Shown here: piece after piece, positions 1 through 9,592 of the stretch
How positions within the stretch are numbered: position 1 is the stretch's first letter
How the letters are laid out: every line of letters starts with the position of its first letter
From: Candidatus Pampinifervens sinense
Lineage (GTDB): Bacteria > Aquificota > Aquificia > Aquificales > Aquificaceae
Assembly: GCA_037927135.1 (NCBI GenBank)
Contig: JAXSPP010000005.1
Coordinates: 64,001-128,000, forward strand
Length of the DNA stretch: 64,000 nucleotides
Direction of reading: 5' to 3'
Notes under the pieces: generated by a model
Seen by the model: the letters and a program-made list of their open reading frames with translations, nothing else
Told to the model about the DNA's origin: nothing
Databases searched by the model: none
Program-made: the position numbers and the translations under genes

Positions 1-2
1 AC

Positions 3-80
3 AGTGCAGCCAAGAGTTTGGATATGTTAAGGGAGGGTGTGGTGGAGGTGGAGGCAAGGGTTATAAGGTGTGGAGACTAG
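3..80 (+). CDS. C-terminal fragment of a RlpA-like (DPBB) lytic transglycosylase, truncated by the window start
   Basis: Frame from nt 3 reads SAAKSLDMLREGVVEVEARVIRCGD*, resembling the RlpA C-terminal pattern (S.AA..L.....G...V). Confidence 0.55.
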   Translation, partial: SAAKSLDMLREGVVEVEARVIRCGD

Positions 81-562
81 TTGTGTGGTGGGTAGACGAT
101 GAGCATGACCCTGCCCATCTTGGACCAGACCTTATCTAAGGTGTCCGCTTTTATGGCCTTTGAGCTTTCATAGCCTGTGTGAACAAAAAAGTGATCGCCT
201 TTATAGCCAACAACTACCATATAGTGAGGCACGCTAAAGAAAAACCTTCCTAGATCCACAAGTATTATGGGTGGAATACCTTTATCTATCAGTTTTTTAA
301 GGTCTTCCAGCGTTCCTTGTCTTGTTTCTGCCTTCAAGCCCAAGTCTTTAACATAGCCTTCCATGTCCGTTATTAGTGCGCCCTTTAGCTTTGGACTGTA
401 AACCCTTTGGGCTATAACCTCTTGTGGTATATGAAGGCCATAGAAGGAAAGGACGGAGCTCAAAGAGGCTGGACCGCAGAACTCATCCCTTTGTTTTACA
501 AAAGGCACATCAAGGCTTTTGGAAAATACAAGAAGGGGGAAGAAAAGGAGAAGGAAGATCAC
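77..562 (-). CDS. Secreted C39-family cysteine peptidase (PA2778-like)
   Basis: Signal peptide, VPFVKQ..CGPASL catalytic Cys motif, HYMVVVGY His motif. Confidence 0.8.
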   Translation of the reverse strand: MIFLLLFFPLLVFSKSLDVPFVKQRDEFCGPASLSSVLSFYGLHIPQEVIAQRVYSPKLKGALITDMEGYVKDLGLKAETRQGTLEDLKKLIDKGIPPIILVDLGRFFFSVPHYMVVVGYKGDHFFVHTGYESSKAIKADTLDKVWSKMGRVMLIVYPPHN

Positions 563-948
563 CTTATGATGATCTCTTTATTGAGGAGCTTTAGAAGTAT
601 GACCAAAAGTATGGCTACCACCAATATGCCTATGGCTAAGCTAATACCATCGCCACCGGCCAAAACCTTTTCTGAAGCCTTTGCGAGCATATGAATCTGT
701 TCATCGCTAAGCTGAGAAAGCTTTTGTTCTATCTCCTCCTTGGTAAGACCGTAAGCCTTTAGCTTTTCTTGAAGCTCTTTGCTTTCAAGCACCCTTTGAA
801 TTTTGGCAAGCTCCTCTTCCCTATTTAGCAAGTTTTCGGAGGCAGGTTTGGACTCTACAAGACCTGCAAAGACGGGTGCTGAGTTAAAGGTAAAAAACCA
901 TCCTGCTATAGCTAGGACCAAAAGAGGTCTTCTAAGAAGCTCCAGCAT
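559..948 (-). CDS. PA2779-family protein (signal peptide, helical body, GG motif then TM helix)
   Basis: LSQLSDEQI...LAGGDG followed by a hydrophobic C-terminal helix; directly upstream of and overlapping the C39 peptidase gene; AGGAGGT-like RBS. Confidence 0.7.
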   Translation of the reverse strand: MLELLRRPLLVLAIAGWFFTFNSAPVFAGLVESKPASENLLNREEELAKIQRVLESKELQEKLKAYGLTKEEIEQKLSQLSDEQIHMLAKASEKVLAGGDGISLAIGILVVAILLVILLKLLNKEIIIR

Positions 949-977
949 GCCTTCACCTCCTTTTTGTCTTAATTATA

Positions 978-1625
978 TCAAAAGTCTTCAAGGCTTGGAT
1001 TGAAAGGCAGTGTGCCATACTGGGCACCCACCACTACCACCTTTCTCCCTTCCACCCTTACCCTACCTTCCACTATCCACTTTATGACCTGTGGTAGTAT
1101 TCTGTGCTCATAGGAAAGTATTCTTTGAGACAGGCTCTCTTCCGTATCTTCAGGAAGTACGGGAACACAGGCTTGAGCTATAACGGGACCGTTGTCAAGC
1201 TCCTCTGTAACGAAATGCACGGTGCATCCCGTTATCCTTGCTCCATAATCTATGGCCTGCTTTTGAGCCCTAAGGCCCTGAAAGGCGGGTATTAAGGAAG
1301 GATGTATGTTAATGATCCTCATAGGAAAGCTCTCAAGGAAGACAGAAGAGAGAAGGCGCATAAAGCCAGCAAGCACCACAAGGTCAACCTCCGCTTCCTT
1401 TAATGCATTTACCATGGCCCTTTCAAAGTCCTCCTTACTTTCAAAGTCCTTTCTCCTTATGACCTTATAGGGTACGTTGTGTTTTATGCATCTCTCTATG
1501 GCTGGCACACCTTCCCTGTCGGAAATGACCAAAGATATACGAGCCTTAAGCTTTCCCCTCTCTATGGCATCTATTATGGCTTGTAGGTTTGAGCCACGGC
1601 CCGATACTAGCACACCTAGATTCAT
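978..1625 (-). CDS. purN: Phosphoribosylglycinamide formyltransferase
   Basis: [36 protein letters not shown] motifs; start placed at ATG 1625. Confidence 0.97.
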   Translation of the reverse strand: MNLGVLVSGRGSNLQAIIDAIERGKLKARISLVISDREGVPAIERCIKHNVPYKVIRRKDFESKEDFERAMVNALKEAEVDLVVLAGFMRLLSSVFLESFPMRIINIHPSLIPAFQGLRAQKQAIDYGARITGCTVHFVTEELDNGPVIAQACVPVLPEDTEESLSQRILSYEHRILPQVIKWIVEGRVRVEGRKVVVVGAQYGTLPFNPSLEDF

Positions 1626-1675
1626 GCTATTATATTCTATCATCCTAAAGAAGTAAGGTTTTAAGGAGGAGTGGA

Positions 1676-2278
1676 ATGAATGTGGAGTTTATAGGTAAGG
1701 GTATTGAATGGACGGATTCTATGAAGGCCTTTGTAGAAGGGAAGCTTGAAAGGTTTGCAAGGTTTTTAAAGGAAGCAGAGGAGGATCAGGTGGAGGTTGT
1801 AGTTACCCTATCTACATCTAGGGCAAAGCAGAAGGATTATGCAGGAGATAGCAGGCCAACCCTTTACAGGGTAGACTTGGACATATACCTTAAAACATGG
1901 GGTGGCGGTGCTTTGCATGCGTGGGATGAAGACATTGATCCATTCTCAGCCCTTGATAGGGTAATGGACGAGATAGAAAGGCAGCTTATAAAGCTAAAGC
2001 AAAGAAGACATGAACTGAGGAGAAAAGGTCATAAGATAAAGGAAGAGATGATTATGGAGGAGATATTGCCCCATGAGGAGAGAGAAAGACCTTTGATAAT
2101 TGAAGAGGATCTTGCCATAGAAAAGCCCATGAGTGTAGAAGATGCCATATTTGAGCTTCAAAGCTCTGGAATGTACTTTATACCCTTTGTGGATATAGAG
2201 ACGGGGACGCTAAAGATAGCCTACAGAAAAAGGGGTGGGAGCTTTGGAGTAATAAACACCAAGTGTAAAGGTATGTAA
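1676..2278 (+). CDS. hpf: Ribosome hibernation promoting factor (long HPF/RaiA)
   Basis: N-terminal S30AE-like domain plus C-terminal [12 protein letters not shown]...YRKR.G..G domain; AGGAGG RBS. Confidence 0.85.
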   Translation: MNVEFIGKGIEWTDSMKAFVEGKLERFARFLKEAEEDQVEVVVTLSTSRAKQKDYAGDSRPTLYRVDLDIYLKTWGGGALHAWDEDIDPFSALDRVMDEIERQLIKLKQRRHELRRKGHKIKEEMIMEEILPHEERERPLIIEEDLAIEKPMSVEDAIFELQSSGMYFIPFVDIETGTLKIAYRKRGGSFGVINTKCKGM

Positions 2279-2289
2279 AAGGTGTGCCT

Positions 2290-2688
2290 TTAAGGGCACA
2301 CCTCCTTTTCTTCTACCTTGACCACTTTACCGTTTTGATAGTAGGTAGTCTTAACTATCCTACAGTTTCCCTTTGAAGCTACAGGTTGAGCCACAACCTT
2401 CTGCGTGCCATCCACCGATGTGTATTCTACAGGCTTGTTCTGCATAGCTGCTTCCCTTGAAGCCCTTGCGGCTATTTCAGTTATAGTTCCACCTATGACA
2501 GCTCCGATTGCACCACCTATAACGGCACCACGCCAACGGTTCTCCTTATCTAAAAGCGCACCAGCTATAGCACCGCCCACAGCTCCAACCGTTGCACCTT
2601 CATAGGTTCTCTGTGTAGTCACTTGACCACAAGAGAATAGAAAACCTACAGTAAATATTCCTAAAAGAGCTATAGCCTTCTTCCTCAT
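2290..2688 (-). CDS. Glycine-zipper lipoprotein
   Basis: Lipobox LFSC; GATVGAVGGAIAGA / GAVIGGAIGAVIGG glycine zipper. Confidence 0.8.
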   Translation of the reverse strand: MRKKAIALLGIFTVGFLFSCGQVTTQRTYEGATVGAVGGAIAGALLDKENRWRGAVIGGAIGAVIGGTITEIAARASREAAMQNKPVEYTSVDGTQKVVAQPVASKGNCRIVKTTYYQNGKVVKVEEKEVCP

Positions 2689-2709
2689 TTTCAAACCTCC
2701 TTAACTACA

Positions 2710-3441
2710 TTATACAGCCCTGTTTATTAAAAATTCATTAAAAAGCTTTAAAGATGTGATTGCTTCCTCATCAAGGTCATACTTCATACACGAGGTGAAG
2801 TATTCTAAAAGAAACTCCTGACTGAAGCCTTCAACAGATATATTCCCCTTGTATAGATTTTCAAAAAAATAGGCCTTTGACCTTTCACACTGTTCAGCTA
2901 TGTAGCTACATAGCCATTGTGGTGCATCTTTTCTTACCAAAAATAGAGCAAAGACAAAGGGAAGTTTATGATGCTTGAACCACTCTTCGCCTAAGTCATA
3001 GACATAAGGCCAGGTTCTGTAAAGGTTTTCCTTAAGAGCTTTATCCCCTATAAGCATTATAGCTTCTGCCCTGTTTTTATCTTTTTCAATCTTAGGCCTT
3101 CCTCCGTAGATGTGATTGATTACGTATAGGGCAAGCTCTTTTGAGGTTAACGATTCTGATGTAAGGTAAATACTTTCTAGGGCTTCAATAGGCTTTTTTG
3201 AAAATAGAAGCACAGAACAGGCTCTTTCTTTGGAGGCTATACAAACATTAGGAACGAGTAAATAGTCTTTGCCGTTCATAAGGTATTCTATGGAGGAAAC
3301 TATACCCGCTTGAATCTCTCCCTTCCTCAAAAGATCTACCAACTCCGATGGACTTCCTTCTATAAAGGAGACTTCCGATCCTTCCCATCTGTAGAAAAGG
3401 GGCATGGTGTTAAGATAGCTGACCTTACCTATCTTTATCAT
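2710..3441 (-). CDS. mqnA: Chorismate dehydratase (futalosine menaquinone pathway)
   Basis: IGKVSYLNTMPL, LIGDKAL, DLGEEW...LPFVFA motifs. Confidence 0.9.
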   Translation of the reverse strand: MIKIGKVSYLNTMPLFYRWEGSEVSFIEGSPSELVDLLRKGEIQAGIVSSIEYLMNGKDYLLVPNVCIASKERACSVLLFSKKPIEALESIYLTSESLTSKELALYVINHIYGGRPKIEKDKNRAEAIMLIGDKALKENLYRTWPYVYDLGEEWFKHHKLPFVFALFLVRKDAPQWLCSYIAEQCERSKAYFFENLYKGNISVEGFSQEFLLEYFTSCMKYDLDEEAITSLKLFNEFLINRAV

Positions 3442-4454
3442 TAGACCTTATGGGAGAGTTCTATAAAAGCCTGTAGCTTTTGGTATGCTTTCCCTGAATG
3501 AATGGACTCCTTTGCTATCTCAAAGGCTTCCTTTCTGTCTTCTGTTAAACCTGAAACGAGCACACCAAACATGGCATTTATTAACACCATATAATAGGCG
3601 GGTGAAACTTCACCTTGCAATACAGACAAAACCATCTTTGCACTCTCTTCCACCGATGAAACCTTTATGTAATCCAAAGGATAGGTTCTAAGGCCAAGCT
3701 CCTCTGGGTGAAAGTCATAGATGATCACCTCACCGTCCTTTAGTTCCGCTATACGCGTAGGTGCGCTAATAGAGACCTCATCAATGCCATCCTTTCCATG
3801 CACCACAAAAGCCCTTTTTATACCTAAACCTCTCAAAGCAAAGGCAACCTTATCCACAAAGCTATCGGAAAATACACCAAGAAGTTGCCTTTTGGCACCG
3901 GCTGGGTTTGAAAGAGGGCCAACAAGGTTGAATATGGAGCGTATGCCTACTTCTCTCCTTGGACCTATCACCCTTTTCATAGCTGGATGAAAATTGGGAG
4001 CAAACATAAAACCAATACCTATATCCTCTACCATCTTTTTTACTTGATCTGGACCCAGATCTATCTTTGCTCCCAGGTGTTCTAAAAGATCAGCACTACC
4101 GCTTTTGGAAGACACGGATCTGTTTCCATGCTTTGCCACCTTTATGCCCGCACCAGCCAGCACAAAGGCCACAGCGGTAGAAACGTTAAAGGTTTCCGAC
4201 ATATCCCCTCCCGTTCCACAGGTATCCACTAGGTTTTCTTTGTCCTCCACCTCCACCTTTGTAGCCCTTTCCCTGAAAAAGCTTGCAGCCCCTTCTATCT
4301 CCTCTGGTGTCTCCCCCTTCATCTTTGTGGCTATAATAAAAGCACCTATTTGGGCATCGGTAGCCCTACCCTCCGTTATATCCTCCAAGGCCCTTCTCAT
4401 CTCCTCTTTTGTAAGGTTTTCAAACTCTGAAAGCTTCCTTAAAACCTCTTTCAT
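3441..4454 (-). CDS. trpD: Anthranilate phosphoribosyltransferase
   Basis: DTCGTGGD, NVSTA, KHGNRSVSSKSGSAD, FNLVGPLSNP motifs. Confidence 0.98.
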   Translation of the reverse strand: MKEVLRKLSEFENLTKEEMRRALEDITEGRATDAQIGAFIIATKMKGETPEEIEGAASFFRERATKVEVEDKENLVDTCGTGGDMSETFNVSTAVAFVLAGAGIKVAKHGNRSVSSKSGSADLLEHLGAKIDLGPDQVKKMVEDIGIGFMFAPNFHPAMKRVIGPRREVGIRSIFNLVGPLSNPAGAKRQLLGVFSDSFVDKVAFALRGLGIKRAFVVHGKDGIDEVSISAPTRIAELKDGEVIIYDFHPEELGLRTYPLDYIKVSSVEESAKMVLSVLQGEVSPAYYMVLINAMFGVLVSGLTEDRKEAFEIAKESIHSGKAYQKLQAFIELSHKV

Positions 4455-5674
4455 GCTTTAAATTTTAACCCTTTTGAACCCAAAAGGAAGCATGTAAGTA
4501 GGAGATAATCCCTTAGGTGTCTTGGTATTAAAAACCTTTGCCTTACATACTCCTTTGCCCTTTTGCCCATCTGCTCCCTAAGTCTGGAATCGGCAAGAAG
4601 CTGTTTTGCTCTATAGGCAGCACCCTCTGGTGTGTTCACCAAGTAGCCCGTTATGCCCTCCACTATCTGGCTTTTTATACCACCTGTGTTTCCACCTATT
4701 ACCGCCTTCCCCTTCCACATGGCCTCTGCTACCACAAGGCCAAAGCCCTCTTTTATAGACTTTTGAAGGACTACCGTAGCATGTCTCTGCAAGGCATTGA
4801 TCTCTATATGGCTGTCGGGTGGTAAGTTAAGAACGTAAACATCCTTATCCTCTGCAGTAGCGTTTATTACCTCCGTATAGACCTCCTCACCTTCCGGATC
4901 ATCGGGGGCAAAGGATCCGGCCAATACAAGACAGCAATCATACTTCTCCTTTACTATCCTGTAAGCTCTGTATACACCTAAGGGATCCTTCAATCTGTCA
5001 AAGCGGGAAACCTGCAAAAGCACAGGTTTTTCCCTGTTTATTCCCAATTTTTCCAGAACCTCTTCTATCCTTTTAGCATCTAGTTCTACATTCTTGTGGT
5101 GAAGGGGATCTATGGAAGGTGGAATTATAAAGGTGGGGATTTTTATACCCTTATTGGCAAACTCTGGAAGATGAAAGACCACTGCATCATAAGCGTTCAA
5201 AAAGCCTTCTATAAACTCCCATGCTCTTCTTTCTGGTGTAGATGTATCTATATGACACCTCCAAACCCATCTTTGACCTTTTAGCTTTTTTACAACCAAG
5301 CCCATAGGCTGTGGATCATGTATAAAAACCACATCGTAGTTCTCTGTGTCAATTTCCCTTAAATTCTCATAGGTGGTCTGCAGGTAGTTTACAAGATCAT
5401 AGCTGTTTAAAGTATCTCCTTGAGGCAGATGTAGCAAATTATGAAGCTTTTTTGTAGTCCTAAAAAACTCCTTGTTTCCCTTTATAACCTTCCAATCCAC
5501 CTTTATCCCTAATTCTCTCATGAGGGGAACCAATCTCATAAGTATTTCGGCCACACCACCTCCCTCTTTTGTAGAGTTCACATGCAAAATTTTCACGTTC
5601 TCAAGCCTTTTTGCCAAGATTTCAATCTCCCTTATAATACTCTTATCAACATACTGTGAATATTCCTCTATCAT
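4451..5674 (-). CDS. treT: Trehalose glycosyl-transferring synthase TreT-like GT4 glycosyltransferase
   Basis: HVNST..GGGVAEIL, HDPQP, WRCHID, VSRFD..KD, DDPEG, QKSIKEGFGLVVAEAMWK motifs. Confidence 0.85.
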   Translation of the reverse strand: MIEEYSQYVDKSIIREIEILAKRLENVKILHVNSTKEGGGVAEILMRLVPLMRELGIKVDWKVIKGNKEFFRTTKKLHNLLHLPQGDTLNSYDLVNYLQTTYENLREIDTENYDVVFIHDPQPMGLVVKKLKGQRWVWRCHIDTSTPERRAWEFIEGFLNAYDAVVFHLPEFANKGIKIPTFIIPPSIDPLHHKNVELDAKRIEEVLEKLGINREKPVLLQVSRFDRLKDPLGVYRAYRIVKEKYDCCLVLAGSFAPDDPEGEEVYTEVINATAEDKDVYVLNLPPDSHIEINALQRHATVVLQKSIKEGFGLVVAEAMWKGKAVIGGNTGGIKSQIVEGITGYLVNTPEGAAYRAKQLLADSRLREQMGKRAKEYVRQRFLIPRHLRDYLLLTCFLLGSKGLKFKA

Positions 5675-6279
5675 CTTCTCTCTAATATCTCAAGTATCCG
5701 TTCTTTTAGCTTAAAAAGATCAATAGTATAAACATCCAATCTACCTATCTGGTATGCTTTTTCTACGTATCCCATGTGTATCAACCATTGAGAGTAATCA
5801 TTCCCAGAACTTTCCTTCTCTAGCCTTGATGAGATCATATGGTAGAAAACAGAATTTATGCTAGAGTTTTCAATTCCTTCTATAAGCTCTTCCAAGCTGC
5901 TTGCCACATAACCTGTTTCAAAAACCTCCCTATGGATGCTCATAAAATAAAAAGGTTCCACTTCTTTTTTAAGATCTTCCTTTCGTTCCTTTAGCACGCT
6001 AAGCATTTTTCTTCTTACATCTTCCAAACTACAGTAATTGGTTGGGTCTATAAAGGTAAGCTTTTCAGCTAGGCTTTTGTAGCCATTAATGTAGAGCCAG
6101 TGGGAAAAGCTGTTGAAGTAATAAACGTTAGGGTGGAAGAGGTGTATATAAAGGTGATAAAGTAAAGACCCCTCGTCTATTAGCTCAAGACAGTTTATAA
6201 ACTCTTCAAGGCTGGAGGCAGAAAGGCCTGTATATATGGGAACCCAAAGCTCTGTTTTGAAGACAAAGGCCCTTTTCAT
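5671..6279 (-). CDS. DUF5752 / OrfY-like protein (TreT-associated)
   Basis: Two internal repeats (A.SLEE...SL.YH...N.FS.WL); lies directly upstream of treT. Confidence 0.7.
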   Translation of the reverse strand: MKRAFVFKTELWVPIYTGLSASSLEEFINCLELIDEGSLLYHLYIHLFHPNVYYFNSFSHWLYINGYKSLAEKLTFIDPTNYCSLEDVRRKMLSVLKERKEDLKKEVEPFYFMSIHREVFETGYVASSLEELIEGIENSSINSVFYHMISSRLEKESSGNDYSQWLIHMGYVEKAYQIGRLDVYTIDLFKLKERILEILERR

Positions 6280-8459
6280 TCTTCCAAAAGCTGTTTTAAA
6301 AGGTTTATGGTTTCTTTGTAGGACTTTATGGTGTATTTGGCAAAGGTGGGGGCTGGTCCAACTTTAATGGTTATAGCCCTTTCTGGCAATGCCCTAAAAA
6401 GATCCTCATCTGTAACATCGTCGCCTATGGCCATCAGAAAGTCGCAGTCTTGGCAGAAGGAAAGGGAGGCTGTGCCCTTGTTTATACCAGCAGGCCTTAC
6501 CTCCACCACCTTGTTGCCTAAAAGCACATTAAGGTCTGTATTGGCCACAAGCATATGCAATTCTTCTACAAGCTCAGCCACTCTGCCTATGGCCATCTCT
6601 GGATCTGCGTTTCTGTAATGGAAGGCTATGGTAAAGCTTTTTTCTTCCACAAAGGCTTGAGGGAGCCTGTCTACGTATATCTCCATAACATTTCTTATCT
6701 TATCCTTTATATCGCTTGGCATGGTAGCCCTGGCCTCCCAATCCTTTCCAGCATACTTTATCCAGCATCCATGTTCCGCTATCATGTTTATGGGCAAGTC
6801 TGAAAACCAAGCTTCTAACTCCTCCTTTCTCCTCCCAGATATTAAAACCACCTGTGTGTTTTCCTTCAAAGCCAGCCTTTTAAGCAAGTCTTTCACCTCT
6901 TGGCTTGGCACAGCCAAGGAAGGTCTTTTTACCAATGGCACCAAGGTACCATCGTAATCTATAAAAATCACCCTCTTGCTTGCAGATTTAAACATCTCAA
7001 CTATCCTTCTCATCAGCTTCTCGTTGAGCTCCCTTGCCTTTAGCTTATCCCTTTCTCTGGTGGCTTCCTTCAAGGCCTCTATAAACTCCACACCCCATTT
7101 GAGTATGTTGTACCTTCTTAACCTTTCCTGCATTATCTTTAACCTGCTTTCCTGTTCCTCCGGGGGCATCTCCAGGGCCAACTCTATGGCTCTAGCCAGA
7201 TCCTCTATGGAGTTTGGGTTTACAAGGACTGCTTCTCCAAGCTCCTTCGCACTTCCAGCAAATTCGGAAAGGATGAGCACACCCCTTAGATCACTTCTAG
7301 AAGCAACAAACTCTTTGGCTATGAGGTTCATACCATCCTTTATGGGTGTAACCAGTATAACATCGCAGGCAAGATAGTGGGCCACAAGTTCATCCCAGTC
7401 TAGGGATCTATAGTGGTAGAGTATAGGCACCCAGTCCACAGATCCAAACCTTCCGTTTATCTCAGCCACCTTTTGTTCTATCTGCCTTTTCATACTCTGG
7501 TACTGTTCCACCTTTTCCCTTGAGGGAACCATATTGAGTATTAAGACCACCTTGCCATGCCATCCTTCATTTCTACTTAAGAATTTCTCATAGGCCAAAA
7601 GCCTATTGTAGATACCTTTAGTATAATCAAGCCTGTCCACAGAAAAGATGATCCTTTTCCCCTCAAGGTGCCTTTTTATCTCCCTCACCCTATCTTCCAC
7701 CCTATTAGCGTAAGAGTTAAAAAGTTCAAAATCTATGCCCATAGGGAAGGTATCCGCCTTTACCACCCTACCGTTGTATATAAAACTACCCATGATGGGC
7801 TCTATTCCCAAAAGTTTTGAGACACTCCTTATGAAGTTGTTGGTGTATTCATAGGTGTGGAAGCCTACCAGATCTGCTCCCAAAAGACCCTCTAACACCT
7901 CCCTCCTCCAGGGGAGCTGGGAGAAGGTCTCCGGTGGTGGAAAGGGTATATGTAAGAAAAAGCCTATGCTTATGTTTGGCAATGCTTCTCTTAACATACC
8001 TGGCAATAGCATAAGATGGTAATCATGGATCCATACAAGTATGTCCCTCTCATCCTTCCAGTCAACGGATGAAAGTATGGTGTTTAAAAACAACCTATTG
8101 ACTTCCACGTAGCTATGCCAAAACTCTTGACTGTATACGGCCAAAGGTGCCAGGTTATGGAATAGGGGCCAAAGGGTTTTGTTGCAAAAGCCATTGTAGA
8201 ACCTATCCATGAGCCTATCGGGTACATAAACTGGCACGCAGGAAAGCTTTTTATCCTCTATAATTCTTTCCAGCTCTTTTGTCTCCTTTTTGTTCAAGCT
8301 CGCTCCAGGCCAGCCAAACCATAGGAACTCCACATCATACTTTTTTAAAAAGGTTTCAAGGCCAGATACCAATCCGCCAGGACTCTTTTTTAGCTTAATG
8401 CCATGACCATCCTTAGAGAGGCTGAAGGGTAGTCTGTTGGCTACTATTATTAACTTCAT
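6276..8459 (-). CDS. Bifunctional trehalose-6-phosphate synthase/phosphatase (TPSP)
   Basis: VANRLP, GGLVSGL, WIHDYHL, FFLHIPFP, VDRLDYTKGI, DGMNLIAKE plus C-terminal HAD DYDGTL...GDDVTDED. Confidence 0.95.
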   Translation of the reverse strand: MKLIIVANRLPFSLSKDGHGIKLKKSPGGLVSGLETFLKKYDVEFLWFGWPGASLNKKETKELERIIEDKKLSCVPVYVPDRLMDRFYNGFCNKTLWPLFHNLAPLAVYSQEFWHSYVEVNRLFLNTILSSVDWKDERDILVWIHDYHLMLLPGMLREALPNISIGFFLHIPFPPPETFSQLPWRREVLEGLLGADLVGFHTYEYTNNFIRSVSKLLGIEPIMGSFIYNGRVVKADTFPMGIDFELFNSYANRVEDRVREIKRHLEGKRIIFSVDRLDYTKGIYNRLLAYEKFLSRNEGWHGKVVLILNMVPSREKVEQYQSMKRQIEQKVAEINGRFGSVDWVPILYHYRSLDWDELVAHYLACDVILVTPIKDGMNLIAKEFVASRSDLRGVLILSEFAGSAKELGEAVLVNPNSIEDLARAIELALEMPPEEQESRLKIMQERLRRYNILKWGVEFIEALKEATRERDKLKARELNEKLMRRIVEMFKSASKRVIFIDYDGTLVPLVKRPSLAVPSQEVKDLLKRLALKENTQVVLISGRRKEELEAWFSDLPINMIAEHGCWIKYAGKDWEARATMPSDIKDKIRNVMEIYVDRLPQAFVEEKSFTIAFHYRNADPEMAIGRVAELVEELHMLVANTDLNVLLGNKVVEVRPAGINKGTASLSFCQDCDFLMAIGDDVTDEDLFRALPERAITIKVGPAPTFAKYTIKSYKETINLLKQLLEE

Positions 8460-8578
8460 GCTTAAATTATATAATCCCATACTTCACAACCTTGTATTTT
8501 GAAGATTTCAAAGCTTGAGAAATAAAGGTTCTAAAAATCCAAAAATTGGATGACAATGATTCTGTATGATATTAGACT

Positions 8579-9592
8579 ATGGAGCTTTTGAGGCTTGTAA
8601 GGGCTTCGGGGTGAGCTAGTAAGGTAGGTCCGGCGGACCTAGAGAACTTAATAAGGGGGCTGGACCTTTATGTGGATGAACACACCCTTGTGGGTGTGGG
8701 CGACGATGCGGGAGTCTATGCGTACGGAGGGGAAGTCTACGTGCATACGGTGGACTTCATCACACCCATACTAAACGATCCTTACCTGTGGGGTGCTATA
8801 TCTACTGTCAATTCTTTGAGCGATGTTTATGCTATGGGATGCAAGCCTCTTAATGCCCTTGCTATTGTGGGCTTCAATAGTTGCGACCTTGACATAGGGG
8901 TGTTAAGGGAGGTTATGAGAGGTTGTGCAGACAAGCTAAGAGAGGCAAAAACGGTGCTTTTGGGAGGCCATACTATTGATGATAAAGAGCCTAAGTTTGG
9001 TCTTGCTGTGATGGGGGTATGCGAAGGTGGTAAGTATATTACACAGGCTGGGGCAAAGCCTGGTGAGCTTTTGGCACTTACAAAACCCATAGGTGTAGGT
9101 ATCCTTACAAAGGCTATAAAGGAAAGAAGGCTAAAGGAGGGAGATATTAAACATGCTATTGATTATATGCTTATGCTTAACGAGAGGGCCTCTTTACTTG
9201 TAAGAGAGTTTGCTAGCGCTTGCACGGATGTGACTGGCTTTGGCCTTTTGGGCCACGCTTACAACATAGCAAGAAGATCTAAAGTAAGACTCTGCATAGA
9301 CTTTTCAAAGGTTCCAATCTATGAGGAATCTATAAGGTTTGTAAAGGAGGGCATATATCCCAAAGGGGCGATGGACAATTACAGCTTTGTAAAGGATCAC
9401 CTTGTGGCCGAAGGCCTTCAAAGGTGGGAGCTTTTACTCCTTTCTGATCCTGTCACCTCCGGTGGACTGCTCTTTAGCTTTCCAGAGGAAAGGTTGAAAG
9501 ATCTTGAGGAAAGATCAAAAGACCTTGGCGTAAAGGTTTGGATAATAGGAAAAGTGGAAAAGGGGGAAGGGCTCATGGTATATAAGGGTTAA
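8579..9592 (+). CDS. selD: Selenide, water dikinase, selenocysteine-containing (in-frame TGA at 8612-8614)
   Basis: ATG 8579 reads [21 protein letters not shown], in frame with the ORF-track protein ([36 protein letters not shown]). The TGA falls at the catalytic G-C/U-x-x-K position. Confidence 0.95.
8625..8641 (+). promoter_or_regulatory. Candidate bacterial SECIS hairpin of selD
   Basis: TAGGTCC-GGC-GGACCTA perfect stem; the G-containing apical loop starts about 18 nt after the TGA. Confidence 0.75.

Noticed and set aside
8579-9592. selD as a pseudogene or N-terminally truncated gene
   Set aside because: The TGA sits exactly at the catalytic Cys/Sec position and is followed by a SECIS-like hairpin.
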